From an uncultured Candidatus Saccharibacteria bacterium (GTDB taxonomy: Bacteria; Patescibacteriota; Doudnabacteria; UBA920): a DNA stretch of 64,000 bases. Below the pieces are notes generated by a model, which saw only the letters and a program-made list of their open reading frames with translations, had not been told where the DNA came from and did not search any database. Positions 45,000 to 55,474 of the stretch are shown here, piece after piece (positions within the stretch are counted from its first letter, which is position 1; each line of letters opens with the position of its first letter). The stretch lies in contig CAZFQP010000002.1 of NCBI GenBank assembly GCA_964520505.1, positions 26,804-90,803 of the forward strand, in the 5' to 3' direction. Made by a program: the position numbers and the translations under genes.

Positions 45000-46076
45000 C
45001 TACTTTAATTCCCCCAGCACCACCGGCAGATCCAATGTTTCTTTGCCGCGGACAATCTTTAACATAATTTGCGTGCCGGCTTGATATTTTTGAATTTCAG
45101 AATCCACTTCATTATTGGCATTTAAAGTTATGCCGTTAATCTCGACAATTATATCTCCGCCTTTAACTCCTGCTCGGCCAGCCGGAGAGCCGGCGGCCAC
45201 AGATTTAACATAAGCGCCGTTATCTTCCGGCAATTTATCTGTTGCCTGAGTTAGCGGAGTGATGCTCACAAAACTAATTCCCAAAAACGGCCGGGAAATT
45301 TTACCAAAAGTTTTTTGTTGAAACAACGCATCTTTTACAGTATTAATTGGCACCGCAAAACCCAAAGAAGTACCACCTTCGTCAAATAAGGTATTTATTC
45401 CCACTACCTGTCCTGCTAAATTAATTAACGGTCCGCCGCTGTTGCCTAAATTAATAGCCGCGTCGGTTTGAATTAAATTATTCAACCTTACTGCGCTGCC
45501 GTCCGGCTCGTCTATCATCCTTCCCAAGCCGGAGACTACGCCGCGACTGACGCTATTTTGATAGCGACCCAAAGAGTTGCCAATGGCCATAACAGTCTGG
45601 CCGGTTTCTAACGCATCGGAGTTGCCCAGTTCGGCGGCCGGCAAATTAGCGGCTTCTATTTTTAAAAAGGCAATGTCGCTAAATTTGTCTGTGCCAAAAA
45701 TCTTTGCCGGATATTTGCTGCCGTCTGGTAAAATTACCGTGTAATCTAAATTAGTCCCAGCCACAACATGATTGTTGGTGACAATTAAACCGTCTGCCTC
45801 AAGGATTAAACCTGTGCCAAGCACGGCCTGGGAGCCTGCAGTTAAAGACATTCCGGAGCTACTGGCAATTTTAGGCAAACCCAAAACATTAACCGTAGAT
45901 GCTTTAATTTTCCTAACCGCTAAAATCGCCTGTTGTTCGTCTGTAAGCGGTGCTGTGCTTTTAGCCGTCGGCTTAATTAAATTAAATTTAATATTTTCAC
46001 TCCCGGCTTGTTGAGTGAAAAAAATAATTCCTAAAACCCCAAATCCTGTTATTAAAAATTTATATAATTTGTTCAT
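45000..46076 (-). CDS. htrA: HtrA/DegP-family serine protease with PDZ domain
   Basis: 358 aa; N-terminal TM; catalytic His, Asp and 'GNSGGPLIN' Ser; C-terminal PDZ. Confidence 0.9.
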   Translation of the reverse strand: MNKLYKFLITGFGVLGIIFFTQQAGSENIKFNLIKPTAKSTAPLTDEQQAILAVRKIKASTVNVLGLPKIASSSGMSLTAGSQAVLGTGLILEADGLIVTNNHVVAGTNLDYTVILPDGSKYPAKIFGTDKFSDIAFLKIEAANLPAAELGNSDALETGQTVMAIGNSLGRYQNSVSRGVVSGLGRMIDEPDGSAVRLNNLIQTDAAINLGNSGGPLINLAGQVVGINTLFDEGGTSLGFAVPINTVKDALFQQKTFGKISRPFLGISFVSITPLTQATDKLPEDNGAYVKSVAAGSPAGRAGVKGGDIIVEINGITLNANNEVDSEIQKYQAGTQIMLKIVRGKETLDLPVVLGELK

Positions 46077-46166
46077 TTATGTCTTCTACTTAATGCTAAA
46101 TTTTGTTCCCTTGCCCCCTAATTTTGCTCAATTTTACTTAATCTTGGTCAATTTTGTTCAATTACA

Positions 46167-47132
46167 CTACTCAATCCCCTGTTCCTGCAGCTCCTCCAAT
46201 ATCTGTCTGGTGGCCGCCAGCCAGTTTGGATTTTTTGGTTGGACATAAACTCCGTTCATTTGTTCCAGTGACCAATTTTTATACCGTCGCTCCAAGAGCC
46301 GGTTAAAATCTATTACCCAGTCATTTAAAGTTTTGTACTTGCGCCAGTAGTCGTGGCCGGGCTTTACGCCGATATTGCTGCAATTATTGTCCACGCAATT
46401 TTTTCCAAAGGTGCTTTCGGCAAAAGAGATGGCTAAAATTAATTTCCAGTGCGGTTGCTCGGCTATGGTATCGGCCACGGAAGCAAACGGAGTTTTTTTG
46501 CCCTGTAAATACGCGCGTAGTTTTTCTTTACGCGTGGCCATGCGTTCGGCAGCCTTGGCCTGCCGCCCCTCTTCGGCCACGTTATTTAAATAATTTTCCA
46601 GCTGGCCAATAGTCATATTATAGAGGACTTCATTGGGCACGTTGTTTATTGGCCCCAAATTGCCCGTGGAGGGAATTGTTACACTAGCGGCCGGCGGTGG
46701 CATAATATCTTCTGCCGCGGTTTTCGTGGTTGTTAGGGCGGCCCAAGCTCCCCCGCCAAACGCCAGCATTACACCAAACACTGCAGCCAATACAGGCACC
46801 CTTTGCCGATTATAAACCTCCACAAATCTCCGCCACTCCCCTTGGGCTAATTCGTGCGAATTGGCCCATAAGGATTCTAGGGTGTTTTTGTTCAAATTTT
46901 TCGCCCAATTATTAAAACTGCCGGTTAACTTTTGCCAAAAACTTATTGGCGCAGGAATAATTGCCTGCGGCGGGACTGAAAAGTTTGTAAGAAAAACTTC
47001 CCGCTCGACAAAATTAGTTTTAACTTTAGACGCAGAAATACCATCCACCGGCAAAATATGTTTAATAGATAGCCGAGGCGCTAAAATTTTCTTTGGTATT
47101 TTTGTCTGTTTAATGCCGTCTAAATTTTTCAT
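46167..47132 (-). CDS. membrane-anchored protein with C-terminal glucosaminidase-like (FlgJ/Glucosaminidase) domain
   Basis: 321 aa; one TM; C-terminal 'ILAISFAESTFGKNC..NNCSNIGVKPG' resembles the PF01832 core. Confidence 0.4.
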   Translation of the reverse strand: MKNLDGIKQTKIPKKILAPRLSIKHILPVDGISASKVKTNFVEREVFLTNFSVPPQAIIPAPISFWQKLTGSFNNWAKNLNKNTLESLWANSHELAQGEWRRFVEVYNRQRVPVLAAVFGVMLAFGGGAWAALTTTKTAAEDIMPPPAASVTIPSTGNLGPINNVPNEVLYNMTIGQLENYLNNVAEEGRQAKAAERMATRKEKLRAYLQGKKTPFASVADTIAEQPHWKLILAISFAESTFGKNCVDNNCSNIGVKPGHDYWRKYKTLNDWVIDFNRLLERRYKNWSLEQMNGVYVQPKNPNWLAATRQILEELQEQGIE

Positions 47133-47159
47133 TTATATTTTAAAAACTTAATTGCTCAG

Positions 47160-47900
47160 CTACCGGGAACGGATGTCCGAATGTTTTTTATGAAAAGGGT
47201 GGCCAAAAAAGACCGTCCAAATATAATTTATACCATAACGCAAAGGCGTGAGCAAAAACCCTTCGGCTTTTACCCGGCGGCCGGAAGCGCCTATTGGCAA
47301 GCGCAGTGTAAAAACTACTTGCCCGACTTTATTTAAACGCTTAGCAATATTGGCATCTTCGCCATAAAAATTAAAGTCGGTATCAAACCCGCCAATGCCG
47401 GCTAAGGCCGAACGCTTAAGCACAAAATTTCCGCCCTGAACCATAGAACCCACGCGCAAAACAAACCGGTTAAATAAATACAGCGCGTAAACAATATAAT
47501 AATATCCCTTAACGCCCCAGTTAAACCACACCGGCATATCATAAAAAACGTGCGGGCCACTAAGGCACACTAAGTTTGGTGTGGTTTGATAATATTTTAT
47601 TACTTTATCCAGCCAGCCTTGGGGCATTATTGTATCTGCATCCACGTTGGCCACGAGTTCTCCGCTACTGGCAGCAAAGCCGGCCTGGCGGGCAAAGCTC
47701 AAACCCTTACGCGGCTCATCCACCACTTTAACTTGCGAATAAGTTTGGGCGATATTTTTGGTTTGATCTGTACTGGCATTATTTACCACAATAATTTCCC
47801 AAGCCAAAGATTTGCCGGAGAGCTCTTGGAAAATTGAATCCAAACAAGCTTTTAAATGATTCTCTTCGTTATAGGCGGGAATGACAAAACTTATTTTCAT
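47160..47900 (-). CDS. family 2 glycosyltransferase
   Basis: 246 aa; 'ISFVIPAYNEE', 'VVNNASTDQT', 'DADT' GT2 motifs. Confidence 0.8.
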   Translation of the reverse strand: MKISFVIPAYNEENHLKACLDSIFQELSGKSLAWEIIVVNNASTDQTKNIAQTYSQVKVVDEPRKGLSFARQAGFAASSGELVANVDADTIMPQGWLDKVIKYYQTTPNLVCLSGPHVFYDMPVWFNWGVKGYYYIVYALYLFNRFVLRVGSMVQGGNFVLKRSALAGIGGFDTDFNFYGEDANIAKRLNKVGQVVFTLRLPIGASGRRVKAEGFLLTPLRYGINYIWTVFFGHPFHKKHSDIRSR

Positions 47901-48075
47901 TGTATTTTTAGTAAACTTAATTCTTAATCATTATACCCTGCCTAGCCTCACCTTTACAACTGCAAACAGTCTGTTATGATTCCTAAACAACAATTAAAAT
48001 TTACCCCGTTAGAAGTTAAACTTATCTTAGAGATTGCTTCAAATAACGCGGTAATAATGAAAAGGACACAATAAT

Positions 48076-48522
48076 ATGGAAACTTCCAACGGGGTGAACA
48101 AAGGGCTAGTAGCAAAAATTGAAATAACCATTAAGAATACGCCTGAAAAAGTTTGGGAGGCTTTAACTAAGCCCGAAATAGTTAAGGAATATTTATTTGG
48201 CACCAATTTGGTGACAGACTGGACAGTGGGCGGGCCAATAGTTTACAAAGGCGAGTGGGAAGGAAAACCGTACGAAGACAAGGGCACGGTTTTGGAATTT
48301 ACTCCGACCACAAAAATAGTTTCCACTTATTGGTCTGCTATGAGCGGCCTGCCGGACGTACCGGAAAATTATAATACCATTACCTATGAACTGGAGGCCG
48401 TAGACGGAGGCACTAAACTCACCCTGCTCCAGGACAATAACGCCACGGAAGAAAAGCGCGACCACAGCCAAAAAAACTGGACAATGGTCTTAGAAAAAAT
48501 GAAAGAAATTCTGGAAAAATAG
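48076..48522 (+). CDS. SRPBCC-superfamily protein (AHSA1/polyketide-cyclase-like)
   Basis: 148 aa; sequence pattern similar to Activator-of-Hsp90-ATPase-homolog-like bacterial proteins. Confidence 0.5.
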   Translation: METSNGVNKGLVAKIEITIKNTPEKVWEALTKPEIVKEYLFGTNLVTDWTVGGPIVYKGEWEGKPYEDKGTVLEFTPTTKIVSTYWSAMSGLPDVPENYNTITYELEAVDGGTKLTLLQDNNATEEKRDHSQKNWTMVLEKMKEILEK

Positions 48523-48585
48523 TTTATTAAAATAGGCGGCTCTCCAAAAGGATGAGCCGCCTATGCCTTGCCTGGGTTGAACAGC

Positions 48586-48855
48586 CTACTGGGGTGACAG
48601 TTGTCTTTCCCAAAAATTAACAGTCGTAGAAAGCAATTCCACTGCTAACGGATCACCGCTATCCAGAATCCTCTCAACTCTTTTAACGAGCTGTGAGATT
48701 TCTTTCTTTGTAAGAGGCTCCAGTGCTTTTTCCCCAACCGACGCCACAGCCTCGCTAATTGCCTGGCCTGCAAAATCTTTTATCGACACACCTTGCTCTG
48801 CGCAGTGGGTCTTGAGTTTACGATGCAAGCCTTCACCCAACACTACTGATTTCAT
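48586..48855 (-). CDS. small hypothetical protein, possible DNA-binding
   Basis: ~89 aa from the internal Met preceded by AAGGAGAAAGAGG (the ORF-track start at 48876 lacks an SD); helical. Confidence 0.4.
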   Translation of the reverse strand: MKSVVLGEGLHRKLKTHCAEQGVSIKDFAGQAISEAVASVGEKALEPLTKKEISQLVKRVERILDSGDPLAVELLSTTVNFWERQLSPQ

Positions 48856-48962
48856 CCTCTTTCTCCTTAGCGACATAATACCCTAATCAAATAATTATTA
48901 CAAATAGAGCAAAAAATGACGCTGTCATTTTTTGCTCTATTTATTATCGAGGTGGTGTAAAA

Positions 48963-49274
48963 CTATTTAAAAATTATCAGGCACGAGAACACAACAAGAG
49001 TGGTTAGGAAAAATATTCCCAAAGTATAGCCCAAAAGCTGCAGCGATTCTTTTTTCTTTCCGTCCAAATACCAAAACACAGGCTGGCCAAACATTAACGA
49101 GGAAGTGAGGGCCGCAGATAAAACGAAAAGCATCAGCATAAATATTGGGGCTAAGACCGTGTCGTGCTCCCCGAAATTAATTTTTTCTATATTCCTAAAA
49201 AATATCCCAATTAAAACTATGTAAGCGAAGGTTGATAAGGAATTAATTAAAGCTCTTTTTATAATTGTTTTCAT
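48963..49274 (-). CDS. small membrane protein (3 TM)
   Basis: 103 aa hydrophobic. Confidence 0.4.
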   Translation of the reverse strand: MKTIIKRALINSLSTFAYIVLIGIFFRNIEKINFGEHDTVLAPIFMLMLFVLSAALTSSLMFGQPVFWYLDGKKKESLQLLGYTLGIFFLTTLVVFSCLIIFK

Positions 49275-49440
49275 AAATTTCGTTTAATTTTAAACCTTTA
49301 TGTAATTATAACACTTTATTAAAAATCTCTGTCTTTAATTTCAAAAGCACCCTCAACGGGTGCTTTTGAAATTTCTTTGTTGCATTATACAGGGTTTACA
49401 AGGAACCATAAAGGATAATCTATTCATCTACAATTCGCAA

Positions 49441-50028
49441 TTAGCTAAACTTCAATCCTAATTTAGGATTAATAGTTCCATTGTCGAGTCTTCTTATAAC
49501 TTCTTCGCAAGCTAGCTTAAAATCGTTAAAAAAATCCTCAGCCACCATAATTAGGTGACCATTTGAACCGATGGTTAAGTGTTTTGTGTTATGCAAGATT
49601 TCTGACAGAGCTACTCTTTGCGTAGGAAAAGTGGTGTGATTCACACCACATCTTAATTCGTTATATAAATCATAAGTTGCTGAGTCCTTGGTTAGTTTTC
49701 TACAATTGAATTGCATGTATTTTTTTGGGAACAATTCCTTAATCGCAAGTCGAAATCGCTCCTCGCTTACCCCACGACGAGTAGTAAACGGCGGTTCGCT
49801 ATCTAAACATATACCAAGGAATTCTATGCCTGCTGTTATCAAACCGAATGACAGCCATTTGTAGCCAGCTTTAAGTATCCCTCCTATTTCGTTGATTAAT
49901 ACTTGATTTATGTACTCTTTTTCTTCCAAAGTGTAAGCAACATTTATTTCACCGACACAAATAACTGCTGAACCAGTTACAGACACTGCCGACCCTGATA
50001 CAGCCTTAAATGTATATGACTCGCTCAT
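49441..50028 (-). CDS. hypothetical protein with a possible HEPN-like R-x4-H motif
   Basis: 195 aa; 'ELRCGVNHT' fits the Rx4-6H pattern in a helical context; adjacent to tRNA-Glu. Confidence 0.3.
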   Translation of the reverse strand: MSESYTFKAVSGSAVSVTGSAVICVGEINVAYTLEEKEYINQVLINEIGGILKAGYKWLSFGLITAGIEFLGICLDSEPPFTTRRGVSEERFRLAIKELFPKKYMQFNCRKLTKDSATYDLYNELRCGVNHTTFPTQRVALSEILHNTKHLTIGSNGHLIMVAEDFFNDFKLACEEVIRRLDNGTINPKLGLKFS

Positions 50029-50169
50029 AAAACTTAAATTTAATAATTAAACTTAACTAAAGTATAATCCTGGTAAGACAATATTAAAAGCCCTAACAGG
50101 ACTTTAGTTTACTCTAACTATGGATTGCGAGATAAAATAGAAAAATAATATGGAAATTAATCATTATTC

Positions 50170-50204
50170 ACATACAAAAAACTCATCCTTTTGGATGAGT
50201 TTTT
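50170..50204 (-). terminator. rho-independent terminator downstream of tRNA-Glu
   Basis: AAAAAACTCATCC-AAAA-GGATGAGTTTTTT read on the minus strand. Confidence 0.65.
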
Positions 50205-50206
50205 TG

Positions 50207-50281
50207 TGGTAGCGCTACGGAGAATCGAACTCCGATTTAGTGGATGAAAACCACTTGTCCTAACCATTAGACGATAGCGCC
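50207..50281 (-). tRNA. tRNA-Glu (anticodon UUC)
   Basis: hand-folded: acceptor GGCGCTA/TAGCGCT, anticodon stem AGTGG/CCACT with loop TTTTCAT (TTC), T-arm CGGAG-TTCGATT-CTCCG, encoded ACCA. Confidence 0.8.
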
Positions 50282-50491
50282 AAATAATTTGATGATTTAA
50301 AGATTGTAGATTTTAAAATTTAAAATACAACAAAATTGAATCAACTTTTGATATTTTACCATAAATGGTTGGTTTTATCAAGGGCGCGATTTAGCAGAAA
50401 CAATGGATTATAATAGATTATTTTTTACAAAAAAGATGGGGCCTAAGGCGCCCCATCTAAATGGCCATTTCGGCCAAGCCGGATTTTGTGC

Positions 50492-51154
50492 TCACAGGTT
50501 TTTCCTCCGCTCGCGAACCTTTTGCAAGTGTTCGGGCGGAAGTATGTCCTGCAACTCCTTCTGGAAGGTCTCAAGATCACTGTGACTGTCGACAAATGCT
50601 TTTTCCAACGCCATCCACCGCTGCCATTCTAAGGTGTTAGTGTGCTCGGCGTTTAACCAGCTTGGGTAAACGAGCGTTGTTTGCCCATTTATTGTAACTG
50701 GATTTTTACAATAGCACTTTTCAGGATATAATATCCCGGAAAGACTGAGGATTCGATCTGACTCCAGATACTCACCGTCCCGTAAAGATTGCAGGGTTTG
50801 GGGCATGCCAAAACCTAACCACTCGCGGCCAAACTCATCAATCACGCCTAATCGGTAGCCAGAAAGGGAGAAAGTTCTTGCAAGTCCTTCCGCCACTAAA
50901 TGTCGTATTGATTCGGGAGAATTTGGCACCATCATCAACCAGTGGGTGTCGAGCTTGGACAAAAGCGCGAGACGGGCATTTTCTTGAGACCTCAAGCGGT
51001 CTCTCTCCTTTTTAGCAGCGAGCTCGCGTCTCGATTTCGCACTATCACGCCTGAACATCTTGTACAAACCAAGGCATATTCCGATTACTACGATTCCGAA
51101 ATAGCCACAAAGTACAAAGAACACCGTTTTAAGACCGTCCAAAAACTGTTCCAT
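50492..51154 (-). CDS. membrane-anchored hypothetical protein (GC-rich cassette I)
   Basis: 220 aa; N-terminal TM then a basic coiled stretch; GGGGGA upstream of the ATG; GC-rich. Confidence 0.45.
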   Translation of the reverse strand: MEQFLDGLKTVFFVLCGYFGIVVIGICLGLYKMFRRDSAKSRRELAAKKERDRLRSQENARLALLSKLDTHWLMMVPNSPESIRHLVAEGLARTFSLSGYRLGVIDEFGREWLGFGMPQTLQSLRDGEYLESDRILSLSGILYPEKCYCKNPVTINGQTTLVYPSWLNAEHTNTLEWQRWMALEKAFVDSHSDLETFQKELQDILPPEHLQKVRERRKNL

Positions 51155-51424
51155 ATATCCCCCAAATTCGCGTTCTTTAAATATTCAAAGAACGGCCATG
51201 CTATCAGCTTGAGAGTTTAAGGCATTATTGCCGCTGAATAGCATAACGCTTATATATACCATGAAATTTGAGTAATGTCAACCTCGTCTCAAAACTAAAT
51301 ATCAATAGAAGACAAATAGTGAGATAAATTTCATTTATCAACTTCGCATAAGGCTTCGTCGGACAAGAATATGTTTTCTCTGCCTACCGGCAGGCAGGCA
51401 CCCGTACAGAGCGAGCCTTCCATT

Positions 51425-51458
51425 TAAAAATGCTCAACCGTTTGGTTGAGCATTTTTT
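51425..51458. terminator. bidirectional terminator
   Basis: AAAAATGCTCAACC-GTTT-GGTTGAGCATTTTTT. Confidence 0.65.
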
Positions 51459-51468
51459 ATTTAGTCTC

Positions 51469-51684
51469 TTACATTTCCGGGGCGGCGTCGAAGGTGTTTT
51501 TAAATTCGGCCATCCACTTTTCATTTTCTTCCGGGGTATTGCTTTGGATCTTTTGTCCCATTTCAGGGTGCGCTTGCATTACGTGGTCAAAACCGTTCTT
51601 AACCATTTCTTCGGCAGTGTTGCCGGAAACCGTAAAACTACAGTCCACTGGCCCACCCATTTGGGCGCAAGTCATTTGCTTCAT
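51469..51684 (-). CDS. DUF1059-like small metal-binding protein
   Basis: 71 aa; 'MK.M.C.QMGG.VDC.F.V.G.T.EE...........H..H' resembles DUF1059. Confidence 0.45.
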   Translation of the reverse strand: MKQMTCAQMGGPVDCSFTVSGNTAEEMVKNGFDHVMQAHPEMGQKIQSNTPEENEKWMAEFKNTFDAAPEM

Positions 51685-51761
51685 AAATTATTAGTCCTTT
51701 CACAGGATAATTATTAGTTTATATATTTTAGCACACCGCATAATATTTCTGCTAAAATCCA

Positions 51762-53522
51762 TTAGCTCTTTCTGTTTTGATGCAGCAGCATTTCTACCGC
51801 ATGATCTTTGGAACCTGCTTCTACCACTTGTCCGGCGTTTACGAAAAATATGTCATCCGCGTTTTCAATGGTGTTTAACCGGTGGGCAATAATTACCTTA
51901 GTGGTTTTGGCCGGAAGATTTTTTAAAATATCTTCCAAGAGTTGTTCGGTAACAGTGTCAATGTTGGCCGTGGCTTCGTCTAAAATCAACAAGTCGGGAT
52001 TTCTAAGCACCGCGCGCATAAAAGCAATTAATTGTTTCTGCCCCAAACTCACGGCTTCTCCGGTGGCGGTGAGCTTGGTTTCCAAACCGCTGTCAAACCG
52101 CTCTAAAATGGTTTGCAGGCCGGCCTGTTTAATTACCTCTTCCAGCTGCTGGTTATTATGCCCGGCATATTCTTCATTGCTATATAAAATGTTTTCCCTA
52201 ACCGTGCCGGTAAACAACACCGGCTCTTGCAAGATAAAACCAATTATTTTTGCGCGTTCTTTCGGGCTGTATGAACGCATGTCTTTGCCGTTTAATAAAA
52301 TAGTGCCTTTGGTCGGATCATAAAGTCTGGCCATTAACGAAGCTGTGGTCGTTTTGCCGCCGCCGGTTGGTCCGACAAGCGCGTAAGTTTTTCCGGCTTC
52401 CAAATTTAAATTAATTTTATGCAGAACTTCGGCGCCGTCGGGATAGCAAAAGCTCACGTCTTTAAAGACAAGCACCGCTTTATTGCCGTCCGCAGCTGCG
52501 CCGTCCGTTATTACAGGCAAATCATTCTTTAAAATTAATATTTCATAAACCCGGTCCCAGCTAGCTAAAGCCGCCTGCAAGTTCGCCCACAAGGCCGCTA
52601 ATTGCCTTAAGGGGTTATAAAAATTGTTGGCATAAGACAAAAAGCTAAGTAAAAGCCCAATGGTAAATTCCCCGTGGGTGATTAAAAATATACCATAAAG
52701 CAAAACTATTAACTGGCCCAAGTTGGCAGCCAGCCCGTAAATTGGAATAAAGGTGTTGTTGGCAATACCCGCCCCCACCGCCGCATTATAGTTTTCGTCA
52801 TTAACTTCCTGAAAACGTTTTTTAAAATAGTCGCGCCGATTAAAAGCAATAATCACTTTAAAATTATTCAAACTCTCCTGAATTTCCGAACTCATACTGC
52901 CTAAAGATTGGGAGCTGCTCAAATTCTTTTTCTTGACCCAGGGAGAAAGCAGCCTGGTGACTAAAAACAACAGCAATGCCGGCGAAAGCGATGCCAGACC
53001 CAAATGGAAATTAATGCTCAGCAAAAAAACCGCCGCCCCGGCCATTAAAAACAAGCTGCCAATAAACTGCACCAGAGCCTGCGAAAAAAATTGGTTAATT
53101 TTATCGGTGTCGTTGTTAATGCGGGAAATTAGATCCCCGGCTTTGTTTTGGTTAAAAAATGCTATAGGCAATTCCTGCAGCTTGTTAAAAATTTGCTTGC
53201 GCAAGCGGTACAACACGCGCTGACCAACCCCGCCCATTAAGCGCACCTGAGTGTAGCTGGTTAGCAAACCAAATAAATACATAACAAAAATTAATCCGGC
53301 AAAAACTAAAACGCCGTGATAATTTTTTTGCAAAATATATGTATCCACCGCGTGGGCAATTAATACCGGCACAAACAAATTCAACGCGGAATTAACAATC
53401 ACGGCAAACAAAGCCACCAGGACTATCTTTTTTTCTTCCACGATTAAAGGCCAGAGCTTTTTTATAGCCTGCCAGGTGGAGGTATTTTGCGTACCGGTTG
53501 AATTGTTTAGGGTGTAGTTCAT
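51762..53522 (-). CDS. ABC transporter permease/ATP-binding protein (type I exporter half)
   Basis: 586 aa; 6 TM then NBD with Walker A 'GPTGGGKTT', signature 'VSLGQKQ', Walker B 'LLILDEA'. Confidence 0.85.
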   Translation of the reverse strand: MNYTLNNSTGTQNTSTWQAIKKLWPLIVEEKKIVLVALFAVIVNSALNLFVPVLIAHAVDTYILQKNYHGVLVFAGLIFVMYLFGLLTSYTQVRLMGGVGQRVLYRLRKQIFNKLQELPIAFFNQNKAGDLISRINNDTDKINQFFSQALVQFIGSLFLMAGAAVFLLSINFHLGLASLSPALLLFLVTRLLSPWVKKKNLSSSQSLGSMSSEIQESLNNFKVIIAFNRRDYFKKRFQEVNDENYNAAVGAGIANNTFIPIYGLAANLGQLIVLLYGIFLITHGEFTIGLLLSFLSYANNFYNPLRQLAALWANLQAALASWDRVYEILILKNDLPVITDGAAADGNKAVLVFKDVSFCYPDGAEVLHKINLNLEAGKTYALVGPTGGGKTTTASLMARLYDPTKGTILLNGKDMRSYSPKERAKIIGFILQEPVLFTGTVRENILYSNEEYAGHNNQQLEEVIKQAGLQTILERFDSGLETKLTATGEAVSLGQKQLIAFMRAVLRNPDLLILDEATANIDTVTEQLLEDILKNLPAKTTKVIIAHRLNTIENADDIFFVNAGQVVEAGSKDHAVEMLLHQNRKS

Positions 53523-53638
53523 TTTAGGTTGTAGGTTGTAGGTTGTAGGTTTTTAGCAATCAATCATTAATGCCAAAATTGAACAAAAATATTTTTAAAA
53601 AATCATATCAATCATGTTCAATTTTTTAAATTTTGTCA

Positions 53639-55393
53639 TTACTCGTAATGGCTGGTGCTTTGTTGGGATTCAAAAATTTGCACATATTCCGGCGAACTGT
53701 TAAGCAATTCTTCGTGCTTGCCCGTGGCAATTACTTCGCCTTCCATTAAGACAATAATCTGGTCGTACATTTCCACGGAGGAAATTTTTTGCGTTACCGA
53801 AACCAATGTGAGGCCGGGATAATTTTTAGCCACGTTGTCCAAAATTTTCTTTTCCGTAACCGCGTCTACCCGAGCGGTAAAATCATCCAGCAGTAAAATT
53901 TTAGGGTTAATAGCCAAAGCGCGAGCCAGCATAATCCGTTGTTTTTGCCCGCCGGACAAACTGGTGCCGCGCTCGGACACTACCGTTTCCAGACCTTCAG
54001 GCAAGCTGCTAATAAAGTCGGACAACTCGGCGGTGGTAATGGCTTTTTGCAGGGACTCGGCAGTCACAGCCGTATTAAAAGCAATATTTTCCCGCAGGGA
54101 AATGTTAAAAATAATGCTGTCTTGGAAAACCAACCCCACCTGGCTGTAAAGCTTCTCTTTTTGGTACTCGTTAATATTCCGCCCGTCATATTTAATTTCT
54201 CCGCCGGTTGGCTGGATAAGGCCGATTATTAAATTGAGCAGCTGAGTTTTGCCGGCCGCGGTCGGACCAATTATAGCCACTCTGCTGCCCGAGGCAATTT
54301 GCGCGGACACATTCTTTAAGGCGTACTTGTCGCCATAAGCCAAGCTGATATTTTCAAGCTGGATGCTGCCCCCAAGCGGCTCCGCCACCCGGCCTTCGGC
54401 TTTGGCGTCCGGCAAATTTAATACCGCGTCTATCCGGTCATATGAAGCCTGGGCCTGGGCAATAATGCTGCTCATAAAACCAATTATGAGAATTGGGAAA
54501 ATTAAAATAACCAGATAACTGGTAAAAGCGGCAAAGTCCCCCAGCGACATCGTGCCGGAAATTATAAACTTTCCGCCAATTACTAAAATTGCCAACACGG
54601 CCATATTGGCGGCAAAATTAATAATCGGGATCATTGTGGAAAATAATTTGAGAATTTTTAAGCCCACATTGCGCGCGTTGCTGTTGGCATCTTCAAATTT
54701 TTTGTGCTCCAAATGCGTTGAATCCAGCACCCGGATTAAAGCCGCGCCAAGAATACTTTCGTTAATTACTTTATTAAGCCAGTCAATTATTTCGCGGGTT
54801 TTTAAAAACAGCACGCGAACCCGGGAAATAATTATAAAAAAAGTCCCGCCAATAATCGGCACAATACTCACCACCGCCAAGCCCAATTTCCAATTTATAG
54901 AAATTAACAAGAAGCTGGCGCCAACAATTATAAAGGCGGAAGAAATAATGTTTACGATGGCCTGGGCCACAAAATTTTTAACCGAGTCTATGTCGGAAGT
55001 TAAATTGGTGAGCAATTTGGCCGGGGTAATCTGCTGAACTTCGGCATAAGTATGGTTGGAAATTTTTTCCGTTAAATCTTTGCGCAAATCCCTGGCAACT
55101 TTTTCCGAAGCATAGGTCTGAATTATACTCTGGGCGTAAGTTAAAATAAAAATTAAAGCGGTGGCAATTCCGAACTCCCACAAAATTGTTGTCAGTCCCG
55201 CTCCTTTTAAATAACCGTCTATGCCCTTGGAGGTTAATTTTGGCAGCCACAAAGTGAGAGCATTACCAAACAAGGCAAAAATAATCAGCAAGCTGATTTG
55301 CCCAATATACGGCTTAAGCAAACCTAATAGATTCGCCTGTTTAGGTTTAATAGTTGTGTTATCCATAAAGGGAAAGTTAATATATCTTAACAT
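53639..55393 (-). CDS. ABC transporter permease/ATP-binding protein (type I exporter half; probable heterodimer partner)
   Basis: 584 aa; 6 TM then NBD 'GPTAAGKTQ', 'LSGGQKQR', 'LLLDD'. Confidence 0.85.
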   Translation of the reverse strand: MLRYINFPFMDNTTIKPKQANLLGLLKPYIGQISLLIIFALFGNALTLWLPKLTSKGIDGYLKGAGLTTILWEFGIATALIFILTYAQSIIQTYASEKVARDLRKDLTEKISNHTYAEVQQITPAKLLTNLTSDIDSVKNFVAQAIVNIISSAFIIVGASFLLISINWKLGLAVVSIVPIIGGTFFIIISRVRVLFLKTREIIDWLNKVINESILGAALIRVLDSTHLEHKKFEDANSNARNVGLKILKLFSTMIPIINFAANMAVLAILVIGGKFIISGTMSLGDFAAFTSYLVILIFPILIIGFMSSIIAQAQASYDRIDAVLNLPDAKAEGRVAEPLGGSIQLENISLAYGDKYALKNVSAQIASGSRVAIIGPTAAGKTQLLNLIIGLIQPTGGEIKYDGRNINEYQKEKLYSQVGLVFQDSIIFNISLRENIAFNTAVTAESLQKAITTAELSDFISSLPEGLETVVSERGTSLSGGQKQRIMLARALAINPKILLLDDFTARVDAVTEKKILDNVAKNYPGLTLVSVTQKISSVEMYDQIIVLMEGEVIATGKHEELLNSSPEYVQIFESQQSTSHYE

Positions 55394-55474
55394 TTTCCGG
55401 ACAAAATTGCGACCCCCTAAAGCTGCTTTGCGCCTTGTTTAGGCATAATTCCACAATTCTGGTATGCTTAAGTT

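Noticed and set aside
50741-50772. GATTCGATC-containing stretch that superficially resembles a tRNA T-arm (possible tmRNA/tRNA fragment)
   Set aside because: No 5-bp T-stem or acceptor pairing could be built; it lies inside the coding frame of 50492-51154.
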